The position numbers and the translations under genes were made by a program. From positions 1-16,348 of the forward strand of contig NW_021825174.1 in the NCBI RefSeq assembly GCF_006345805.1: DNA of 16,348 bases. The letters run 5' to 3'. The first letter of the stretch is position 1, and the number at the start of each line of letters is the position of its first letter. Below, one piece after another: positions 1 to 8,377 of the stretch. Source of the DNA: Octopus sinensis. Taxonomy: Eukaryota. The notes beneath the pieces were generated by a model. The model searched no databases, was not told the DNA's origin, and saw nothing but the letters and a program-made list of their open reading frames with translations.

Positions 1-14
1 CTGTGAATATTGTT

Positions 15-270
15 ACACACACACACACACACATCTGTGCACAAACACACCACATACACACTTGCGTATAATCTCTACACACACACCACATCTGTGCACA
101 AACCACCACCACACACACTTGCGTATATATATCTACACACACACACATCTGTGCACAAACACACCACATACACACTTGCGTATATATATCTACACACACA
201 CACATCTGTGCACAAACACACCACATACACACTTGCGTATATATATCTACACACACCACACACACACACA
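15..270. repeat. 57-bp tandem minisatellite (about 4.5 copies) built from CA/TA microsatellite modules
   Basis: TCTGTGCACAAAC starts at 34, 91, 148 and 205 (exact 57-bp period); this explains the 19-aa repeats in ORF 10..378. Confidence 0.9.
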
Positions 271-429
271 GTGGTATCCCATCTTTTGATGTGCACGTCA
301 GTATCGATTCCCTGTGTCATGTGTATTGTTGTTGTTGTACATTTTTTTGGGGGTTTTTGTTGTTCTTTGTTGTTTTAATTTTGTTTATGCTTGAGCCAGT
401 GTCAGGGGGTAGGGGTGTTTGAAGGCTAT

Positions 430-690
430 TCACACACACACACGTGTGTGTGTCTGTAATATGCAATGTAAGCACTATGAGAGCCTTATATATAATGCAT
501 GCAAACATATCTGTGTGTGTGTGTGTGTGTGTGTGTGTAGGAATATCTGTCTGTATGTGTATAATTATTGCATGTATGCAAATGTGTAGAATGTGTGTAT
601 GTATATATATATATATATATAGCAATGTATATGCTGACGAGTTTGTATGTGACGCATATAAGTATATATATATACATATACATACTTACA

Positions 691-721
<31 letters not shown>

Positions 722-757
722 GTATATGTATGTGTGTGTATATATGTGTGTATATAT
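430..757. repeat. Compound (CA)n/(TG)n/(TA)n microsatellite tract
   Basis: Direct reading; includes a perfect 20-bp palindrome (AC)5(GT)5 at 434-453. Confidence 0.85.
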
Positions 758-976
758 CCGTGGTTTTCAAACAGGGTTCCGCAGAACCTTATGGTTTCGC
801 CAGTACAGTCCAGGGGTTCCACAAGAAGTTACAAAACTGCTAAAATCGGCAGTAATTTTTAATTCTCCTGTGCAGATATGTGTGCACAAGACTATTAAAT
901 TATTGCACAGGGGTTCCTCGAGCCAGTGGAATGTTTCCTTGGGTTTCCGCTCCTGCAAAAAGATTGAAAAGCACTG
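758..976. mobile_element. Non-autonomous hAT (Charlie-like) MITE, 219 bp
   Basis: Left end CCGTGGTTTTCAAAC versus reverse complement of right end CAGTGCTTTTCAATC; 8-bp flanks GTATATAT (750-757) and ATATATAT (977-984) match 7/8 as a TSD; internal GGTT(T)CC motifs repeated four times. The flanks are TA microsatellite, so the TSD is weak evidence. Confidence 0.7.
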
Positions 977-1099
977 ATATATATATATATATATATATAT
1001 GTGTATATATATATATATGGTAATATATATATGCGTGTGTATATATATATATATCTATGTGTGTGTGTATATATGTAACACATGGTATAATTATTTATC

Positions 1100-1133
<34 letters not shown>
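977..1133. repeat. (TA)n/(TG)n microsatellite tract
   Basis: Direct reading. Confidence 0.9.
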
Positions 1134-1135
<2 letters not shown>

Positions 1136-1318
1136 AGCATGTAAAAGCACCCACTACACTCTCAGAGTGGTTGGCTTTAGTGGGGGCATCCGGCTGTAGA
1201 AGCTCTGCCAGATCAGATTGGAGCCTGGTGTAGCCTTCTGGCTCGCCAGCCCTCAGTCAAACCATCCAACTTTTGCCAGCATGGGAAGCAGATGTTAAAA
1301 GACGACGATGATGATGAT
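1134..1318 (+). mobile_element. 5'-truncated retroposon 3' part with (GAT)n tail (RTE-type SINE/LINE end)
   Basis: AAAAGCACCCACTACA...GCCAGCATGG...GTTAAA-(GAC/GAT)n; colinear with the minus-strand copy at 6926-7106. Short trinucleotide tails are typical of RTE-clade-mobilised elements; the clade assignment is inference. Confidence 0.7.
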
Positions 1319-1410
1319 ATATATATATATATATATATATATCTGCAACTTGATATAATTATAAACAGTGCATATATACATATGTTTGTATATATGTGTG
1401 TGTGTGTGTG

Positions 1411-1640
1411 TCTTTTTTATCTTTTGCTTGTTTCTGCCATTAGGCTGAGGCCATGCTGGAGCACTGTCTAGAAGCATTTAGTGAAACAAAAATAAAAACC
1501 ACAGTAGCTAGGGTTTTAAAGCCTAGTATTTATTATGTCGATCGCTTTTTACTGAACCGCTACATCACGGGGATGTAAACAAACTGATACCTGTTGCTAC
1601 ACAGCCATGTGTTACAAGCAGAAACACACACACACACAGA
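1411..1640 (-). mobile_element. Degenerate 3' half of SINE family A (family of 14400-14836)
   Basis: Reverse complement contains GTGCTCCAGCATGGCC, TACTAGGCTT and TTTACATCCCCGTGA, matching the 14400 and 5913 copies. Confidence 0.7.
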
Positions 1641-1654
1641 TATGTACTTCATGT

Positions 1655-1808
1655 TCTGGTGATGATGGTCGTGGTGGTTGTGATGATGATGGTGATGATG
1701 ATGATGTACATGATGATAAGGATGGTAGTGATGATGATGATGATGATGATATATGTGCTGGTGTGGATGGCTGTGATGATGGTGACCGATACGAGGGTAG
1801 CGTTTTGA

Positions 1809-1848
<40 letters not shown>

Positions 1849-2485
1849 GTGCTGGCGTTGGTGATGATGGAGAGGAGGAGGAGGAAGAGAGAAGAAATGA
1901 GAATGATGACGGTGATTGATATGACAGCAGTCTTAATGATGACGATGATGATGATGATGACAGCAATGATACAGGGTGGTGGTGGTGTGGTGGTGCTGGT
2001 AGTATTCACGATTATCATGATGATGGTGGTAGTGGTGGTGATGATGGTGATGATGATAGTGATGGTGGTGGTGGTGATAGTGATGATGACGACGACGATG
2101 ACGATGATGGTGGTGGTGATGATTGTGATGATAGTGATGATGATGATGATGATGATGACCATGATGATGATGATGATAGTGATGATGATCATGACGACGA
2201 CGACGATGATGGTGGTGATGATGATGATGACCATGATGATGATGATAGTGATGATGATCATGACGACGACGATGATGGTGGTGATGATTGTGATGATAGT
2301 GTTGATGATGATGATGATGGTGATGATGACGATGATGATTGCGAAGATGATGATGATTATAATGACAGCAACGATAACTCTGTCTAATGGTGATGATGAC
2401 GATGCTTACAATAACGATGACGGCAGTGATGCTGATATTGATTTCTGACCGGGATAAAAGTGGTGATGATGATGATGATGACGAT
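1655..2485. repeat. About 830-bp (GAT/GGT/GAC)n trinucleotide low-complexity tract
   Basis: Direct reading; internal duplications of roughly 70 bp around 2155-2290; source of the poly-M/D/I/H ORFs. Confidence 0.95.
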
Positions 2486-2639
2486 TCTAGTAGTGACCTG
2501 TGTGTATCTGTGCTTGTGTGGTGGTGGTGGTACTGTCAGCAGTATAGGCGCCAGTTGTTTAGTGGTGAGCCAGACAATCCGTATATCATTGCTGCAGATT
2601 ACTCCACTACCTCGTAGTCGACCACCTAGTCTTTAATCT

Positions 2640-2965
2640 TAGAATCTTTACTCTTTCGTCTTTTACTTATTTCAATTAGTCGCCTGCGACCACGCTGGAG
2701 CACCCCACCCCATGAAATAGCGGGGAGGTGGGGGGGGGTTAGCTTCGGGTCTGACAAATCGAATTCTGGTACTTTTTCCTTTTCAATTTTTGTCCTCTCC
2801 CTCCCTCCCCCCCCCCCCCCCACCGCAAATCTGGTAGTTATTTTATTGGTCCCTTTTGCCGAACTGCTAAGTTACGAGGACATAAACAAACCGACACAAG
2901 TTGTCAAAAGGGGGTAAGGGACAAGCACCAACACAAAGACGTACACACACACAAACACACACACT
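2640..2965 (-). mobile_element. SINE family A 3' half, variant with internal G-rich and C-rich tracts
   Basis: Reverse complement reads GTAACTTAGCAGTTCGGCAAAAGGGGACCAATAAAATAA...TTCGATTTGTCAGAC...GGTGCTCCAGCGTGGTCGCAGG...AAGTAAAAGAC, matching 6095-6250. Confidence 0.7.
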
Positions 2966-3013
2966 CACACAAACACACACTAGTATGTATGTATATGTGT
3001 GTGTGTGTGTGTG

Positions 3014-3185
3014 TATTTTAACATGTATAAGGAACTCTCGTGTACAGGGAAACCCCTAATTTTGGGGGCTTAAAGTCAGGTAAAAAGGTTTTGTAAGGGA
3101 TTATAATACTATTCATATAAGAAGCTCCCATAATTTTTAAACCAAATTTTTGACAAAAAAAGGGTTCCTTACACAAATGCAGTAT
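3014..3185. mobile_element. Degenerate Tc1/mariner (pogo/Tc2-like) MITE
   Basis: Inverted core TGTATAAGGAAC (3024-3035) versus GTTCCTTACACA (3164-3175, reverse complement TGTGTAAGGAAC); TA at both ends; internal TATAAG repeat near 3110-3125. Confidence 0.45.
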
Positions 3186-3190
3186 ATATA

Positions 3191-3400
3191 AATGTAACCG
3201 CCGCGTGTGTACCGTTGGCAATTTTTTTTCCTCTGTCTTCCCGTCTCTGGATCTTTCCTTCTCCTATGTTTCCGACAAAGAGCTCCGCTTAAAATGTTAA
3301 ACCCTCCTTCTTTCCTTCTTTCTTGAGTGTCCAATAATACTATATTTGTTCTACATCCTCGCGTTGTTGTGTTTTTTTGTGCTTTCATGCTTGGATTAAC
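3191..3400 (+). mobile_element. Penelope-like element terminal-repeat fragment
   Basis: Pyrimidine-rich repeat-like segment carrying a minimal-hammerhead-shaped motif at 3268-3302. Minimal hammerheads are a known hallmark of Penelope-like element pLTRs. Confidence 0.55.
3268..3302 (+). ncRNA. Decayed minimal type-I hammerhead ribozyme (probably inactive copy)
   Basis: GTTT / CCGACAA (CUGANGA-like) / A-GAGC-TCC-GCTT (stem II) / AAAA (GAAA-like) / T-GTT / AAAC (pairs with GTTT as stem I). Four of five differences from a canonical core are CpG transitions. Confidence 0.55.
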
Positions 3401-3498
3401 TTTATATATATATATATATATATAAGGATAAGATGGTTATTTAAATATCGAACTTATCAAGTGGCCAGCATGGGAATAAAAACCTTCAAAGGTAATAA

Positions 3499-3674
3499 TC
3501 TATATATATAAAGCTGAAGTTGTCTGTGTATGGCAATCACAAAAGCACAAATTTCACAACTTGCGAATTAAAACACAGCAACATCACTCAACACACTGCC
3601 TCATGAAGGTCTCTTCAAGCTCCCACTGCACCCGCAGCCATGTGCTGCCATCTGTTGGCATGCTACAGAACTAG
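3499..3674 (+). mobile_element. Complete non-autonomous mini-Helitron, 176 bp
   Basis: Inserted A|T without TSD; 5' TC (TCTATATATATAAAG); hairpin TGCCA-TCTGT-TGGCA (3646-3660), then 10 nt, then CTAG (3671-3674) and T. Confidence 0.75.
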
Positions 3675-3725
3675 TCCAGGAACTTTTCGATACCACCTCT
3701 TATTATATTATAAAACTATGGCTGC

Positions 3726-3925
3726 AATCTGGCAGAACCGTTGGAGCATTAAAAAGACAAGAAAAACAATTCTTCAGTGGTATTTCCCCTGGTTCTAAAA
3801 TATTTTAAGTTCAAATCCTACCCTGGTCGACACTGACTTTTATCCTTTTGGGGTTAGTAAAATAGCATACCAGTTGAATAATGGGGCTTGTTGGTATTGA
3901 CTTAATGACGCCACCCCTCAGAATT
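3726..3925 (+). mobile_element. Degenerate copy of tRNA-derived SINE family B
   Basis: CTGGCAGAACCGTT (A-box region), GGTATTTC, AAGTTCAAATCC (B-box), GGTCGAC, TCCTTTTGGGGT and TACCAGTT, colinear with 8584-8378 (-) and 5718-5844 (+). Confidence 0.6.
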
Positions 3926-3929
3926 GGCA

Positions 3930-4770
3930 ATACCACCACCATCACTACAACTACTACAACCACTGTCGCAACCAACACTACCACCACAACTGCCACCACA
4001 ACTACTACCATCGTCATCATCATCATCATCATCATTACCATTTCATCTTTCCCATCACAATCATCGTCACTACTGCCACCATCTTAACTACAACCATCAC
4101 CTCCACCACCACCACCACCACCATCACAACCATCTTTACAGCCACTACCACAACCAACACCAGTACCACTAATACATTCACCACCACCACTCCTACAACC
4201 ACCATCACAACCCCCTCCCCAGCACTTCCATCACCACCAGCAACACCACTGATACCACTACTGCCACCATCATTGCCAATACCACCACCATCACTACCAC
4301 TATAACCACCACCACCACCATCACTACCACTATATCCACCATCACTACCACTATATCCACCATCACTACCACTATATCCACCACCACTACCACCACCACC
4401 ATCATCACCAACACCACAACCACCACCACCACAACCACCAACACCACCATCATCATCACCACAATCATCACCGACACTACCACCACCACACCAATACCAA
4501 CACTACAACCACCATCACAATCACTACCACCATCATCATCATCACCACCACCACTACCACCTACGCCACAACCACCATCACAACCACCACCACCACCACC
4601 ATCACCACCACTATAATCAGCACCACAACCACCACCACCACCATCATCATCATCACCACAATCATCACTGACACTACCACTACCACACTACCACTACCAC
4701 ACTACCACCATCACAATCCCTACCACCACCGCTACCACCAACACCACCACAACCACCACCACCACCACCC
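3930..4770. repeat. About 840-bp (CAC/CAT/CAA)n trinucleotide low-complexity tract
   Basis: Direct reading; includes a 21-bp tandem ACCATCACTACCACTATATCC around 4317-4385. Confidence 0.95.
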
Positions 4771-4816
4771 AGTGCTATGTTGTTTCAGCAAAGATGAATG
4801 CTGACACAGGCATCAA

Positions 4817-4979
4817 TTAACTGGACAACATCGTCGTCCCAGACTCCCAGCTCTCATCTATTTTCTCTCGAGCAGGCCTGGCATTTCCTGGTCTGCTTCT
4901 GGAGGTCCACTTGCTCCCTGTCTGACTGTCTGGCTCAGGGAGATCTATCAATGTATCTCTTGGACCAACATCTTCATCT
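4817..4979 (-). CDS. Possible terminal coding exon of an unidentified host gene (DEDVGPRDTLIDLPEPDSQTGSKWTSRSRPGNARPAREKIDESWESGTTMLSS*)
   Basis: Unique purine-rich island between two microsatellite blocks; ...gtgtcag acceptor (AG ends at 4980); phase-2 start; open to TAA at 4819-4817. No recognisable domain, and the other two frames have early stops. Confidence 0.25.
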
Positions 4980-4981
4980 CT

Positions 4982-5199
4982 GACACACACAACACACACA
5001 CTCAACACACACAAACACCGATATATATACTAAGACTGTGTTGTGTACGTATGTATGTGTGTGTGTGTATACATGTATGTATATGTATATATATATATGT
5101 GTGTGTGTGTATACATGTATGTATATGTACATATATATATATGTGTGTGTATACATGTATGTATATGTACATATATATATGTGTGTGTATACATGTATG

Positions 5200-5236
<37 letters not shown>

Positions 5237-5490
5237 TGTGTGTATACATGTATGTATGTTTGTGTGAGTGTGTATATGTATATACATGTGTGTATATATG
5301 TATATGTGTGTGTGTGGTATATATATATATATATATATATGTAAGTGTATATATGTGTGAGTGTGTATATATGTATATACATATATTTATACACACACAT
5401 ATACACGCACACACACCCATATGCATATGATATACATGTGTGTGTATATATATATGTGTGTGTGTATATATATATATATATCCATATATA
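4982..5490. repeat. Compound (CA)n/(TG)n/(TA)n tract with repeated GTGTATACATGTATGTATATG module
   Basis: Direct reading; the module recurs about five times between 5064 and 5260. Confidence 0.9.
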
Positions 5491-5658
5491 CTCTTATCCC
5501 CAAATCTGTATTTCTTCCCTGCAACACCTCTTCCCTCTATTTCCCTCCCACTCTCCTTTCACTGTCTTACGAAATTATCCAACTGCTCACCCTATCTTAT
5601 CCTTGGCCCCGCTTCTACACACCCCTCTAGAAATTGAGTGTACCCCAAAATCACATCC

Positions 5659-5891
5659 GTTTGTCTGTCCTTGTTTGTCCCCTCTGTGTTTAGCCCCTTG
5701 TGGGTAGCAAAGAAATAGGTATTTCGTCTGCCATTACATCCTGAGTTCAAATTCCACCGGGGTCGAGTTTGCCATTCATCATTTTGGGGTCGATTAAATA
5801 GGTACCAGTTATGCACTGGGGTCGATGTAATCAGCTTAATCCCTTTGTTAGTCCCCTCTGTGTTTAGACCACTGTGGGCAATAAAGAAATA
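5659..5891 (+). mobile_element. SINE family B tandem arrangement: tail of one copy (5659-5717) fused to a 5'-truncated second copy (5718-5891)
   Basis: Tail GTCCCCTCTGTGTTTAG(C/A)CC(C/A)(T/C)TGTGGG...AAAGAAATA occurs twice (5672-5717 and 5845-5891); B-box GAGTTCAAATTCC lies between them. Confidence 0.75.
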
Positions 5892-5912
5892 TGTATGTAT
5901 GTATATATATAT

Positions 5913-5996
5913 ATAGGCATGTGGCACCTTGATCGAGTGTCTACCAAAAACTTGTGACTGAATTTGGTAGACGGAAACAGAAAAAAGCCTGTTGTG

Positions 5997-6029
<33 letters not shown>

Positions 6030-6249
6030 GTTTGTGTGTCTGTGTTTGTCCCCTTATCATCGCTTGACAACCGATGTTGGTGTGTGTACGTTTCCGTAAC
6101 TTAGCAGTTCGGCAAAAAGAGACCATTAGAATAAGTACTAGGGCTTACAAAGAATAATAATAATATTACTAGAATAAGTCCTGGGAGTCGATTTGTTTGA
6201 TTAAAGGCAGTGCTCCAGCATGGCCACAGTTAAATGACTAAAACAAATA

Positions 6250-6251
<2 letters not shown>
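5913..6251 (+). mobile_element. SINE family A copy with most of the tRNA head deleted
   Basis: Colinear with 14400-14836 (TTTGGTAGACGGAAAC, internal TA/TG microsatellite, GCTTGACAA, GTGCTCCAGCATGGCCACAGT); head reduced to AGGCAT|GTGGCACCTTG. Confidence 0.8.
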
Positions 6252-6283
<32 letters not shown>

Positions 6284-6835
6284 GTATGTATTTAATGACT
6301 TAGGTTTGTGTATACATATATATATGTATGTATATGCATGTAGGCATATATTTACATATACATGTATTCACACACAACACACACACACACACACACACGC
6401 ATGCACAGATTCTTTGTAAGCCAACCATGCCCTCCACTGTCTACAACATATGCAAGCATATATTTACACCTACATACATAGGAAAAGTGCAAGAGGCGGG
6501 TGGGGGTGGTGGAGGCGGAGACATACAGACAGACAGACAGACAGATAGACAAAAGAGGGGGGGGAGAGAGAGAGAGAGAGCAAGAGAAAAAGATTGGCAT
6601 CTGTGTACAAATATGAAGGCAGATAAGAAAAGATTGCGTCTGTCCGTCTGTCTGTCTGTCTGTGAGTCTGTCTGTCTGTCTGTGAGTCTGTCTGTTTGTC
6701 TATCTGGTGTGGCTGATGATCGTTAGTCTACCTGAACATCCATCTACCTGTCGGATGACAGTCAGTCAGTCAGTCAGTCAGTCTGTCTGTCTGTCTGTCT
6801 GCCCGTCAGTCAGTCTGTCTGTCTGTCTGTCTGTC
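6252..6835. repeat. Mixed (TA)n, (CA)n, (CAGA)n, (GA)n, (GTCT)n and (GTCA)n microsatellites with short unique islands
   Basis: Direct reading. Confidence 0.85.
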
Positions 6836-6925
6836 TGGCAGGTTGTTTCTCACCGTCGTTCGTCAGCAGGTGATTACATCTCACTTTACGCTATTTGTGG
6901 CACAACAACAACAACAACAACAGCA

Positions 6926-7106
6926 TCGACGTCGTCGTCGTCGTTTAACGTCTGCTTTCCATGCTGGCATGGGTTGGACGGTTTGATCGAGGATTTGCAA
7001 GCCCAGGGAAGGTTGCACCAGGCTGCAATCTAATTTGGCAAGGCTTCTGCAGCTTGATGTCCTTCCTAACGCTAACCACTCCAGGAATGTAGTGGGTGCT
7101 TTTGAT
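6926..7106 (-). mobile_element. RTE-type tailed retroposon 3' part (same family as 1134-1318), contiguous with the 66/69-bp array
   Basis: Reverse complement: AAAAGCACCCACTACATTCC...GTTAGGAAGGACATC...CCAACCCATGCCAGCATGGAAAGCAGACGTTAAA-(CGA)n. Confidence 0.75.
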
Positions 7107-8325
7107 GTGCCACTGGCACGAGAGCTAGTCAGGCGGCACTGGCATCGACCATGATCGAATGGTGTCTTTTACATTCCACTGGCACAGGAGACACCACTAA
7201 GGTAGCATGAGAGCCAGTAAGGTGGCACTAGCATCAGCTACGCTCGAATGGTGCTTTTTACGTGCCGCTGGCACAGGAGCCGCCAGTGAGGTGGCACTGG
7301 CATCGACCATGTTCGAATGGTGCTTTTTACGTGCCACTGGCACATGAGCCACCAGTGAGGTGGCACTGGCATCGACCAAGTTCGAAGGGTACTTTTTACG
7401 TGCCGCTGGCACATGAGCCGCCAGTGAGGTGGCACTGGCATCGACCATGTTCGAATGGTGCTTTTTACGTGCCACTGGCACATGAGCCACCAGTGAGGTG
7501 GCACTGGCATCGACCAAGTTCGAAGGGTACTTTTTACGTGCCGCTGGCACATGAGCCGCCAGTGAGGTGGCACTGGCATCGACCATGTTCGAAGGGTGCT
7601 TTTTACGTGCCACTGGCACATGAGCCACCAGTGAGGTGGCACTGGCATCGACCAAGTTCGAAGGGTTTTTTACGTGCCGCTGGCACATGAGCCGCCAGTG
7701 AAGGTGGCACTGGCATCGACCATGTTCGAATGGTGCTTTTTACTGCCACTGGCACAGAGGACCCACCAGTGAGGTGGCACTGGCATCGACCATGTTCGAA
7801 TGGTGCTTTTCACGTTCCACTGGCACGGGAGCCAGTAAGGTGCCACTATCATCGACTATGCTCAAATGGTGCTTTTTATGTGCCACTGGCATGGGAGCCA
7901 TCAGTAAGGTGACACTGGCATTGACTACACTTGAATGGTGCTTTTTACGTGCCACTGGCACGGGAGCCAGTAAGGTGACACTGGCATTGACTATGCTCGA
8001 ATGGTGCTTTTTACGTGCCACTGGCACAGGAGCCATCAGTAAGGTGACACTGGCATTGACTACACTTGAATGGTGCTTTTTACGTGCCACTGGCACGGGA
8101 GCCAGTAAGGTGACACTGGCATTGACTATGCTCGAATGGTGCTTTTCACGTTCCACTGGCACAGGAGCCAATAAGGTGCCACTATCATCGACTATGCTCA
8201 AATGGTGCTTTTTATGTGCCACTGGCATGGGAGCCAGTAAGGTGGCACTAGCATCAAACGCACTCGAATGATGCTTTTTACGTGTGCCTGGCAAGGGTGC
8301 CAGTTAGGCGGCACTGGAATCGAAC
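7095..8325. repeat. Tandem array of about 18 units of mostly 66/69 bp with higher-order structure
   Basis: GTGCC(A/G)CTGGCAC-type anchors at 7107, 7173, 7262, 7331, 7400, 7469, 7538, 7607, 7674, 7743, 7814, 7880, 7949, 8015, 8084, 8150, 8216 and 8282. Confidence 0.95.
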
Positions 8326-8377
8326 ATAACAACAACAACAACAATAATGATGATGATGATGACAACAATAATAATAA

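Noticed and set aside
434-453. Perfect 20-bp palindrome as a regulatory site or element end
   Set aside because: It is simply a (CA)n/(TG)n junction, which is expected in microsatellite-rich DNA.
1560-2448. Poly-Met, poly-Asp, poly-His and poly-Ile ORFs
   Set aside because: Frames of a (GAT)n tract; open on both strands for compositional reasons.
2540-2617. Plus-strand exon QYRRQLFSGEPDNPYIIAADYSTTS*
   Set aside because: The acceptor lacks a polypyrimidine tract, and the peptide is short and unrecognisable.
4789-4820. Plus-strand exon after the TGTTGTTTCAG acceptor
   Set aside because: All three frames stop within 11 codons and no donor follows; cannot be supported as coding.
4775-4980. 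Selenoprotein-like minus-strand frame with four TGA codons and no other stops
   Set aside because: No Sec/Cys motif such as UxxC, no similarity to a selenoprotein family that I recognise, and no SECIS element seen; four TGAs are explicable by chance.
7197-8294. Repeat-protein CDSs (163, 184, 165, 142 and 136 aa ORFs)
   Set aside because: ORFs are open in several frames on both strands because the units are 66/69 bp; 67- and 71-bp units break the frame; no domain or splice context.
7095-8325. CRISPR array
   Set aside because: Sequences between the palindromic anchors are homologous to each other rather than unique spacers; there are no cas genes and the context is eukaryotic.
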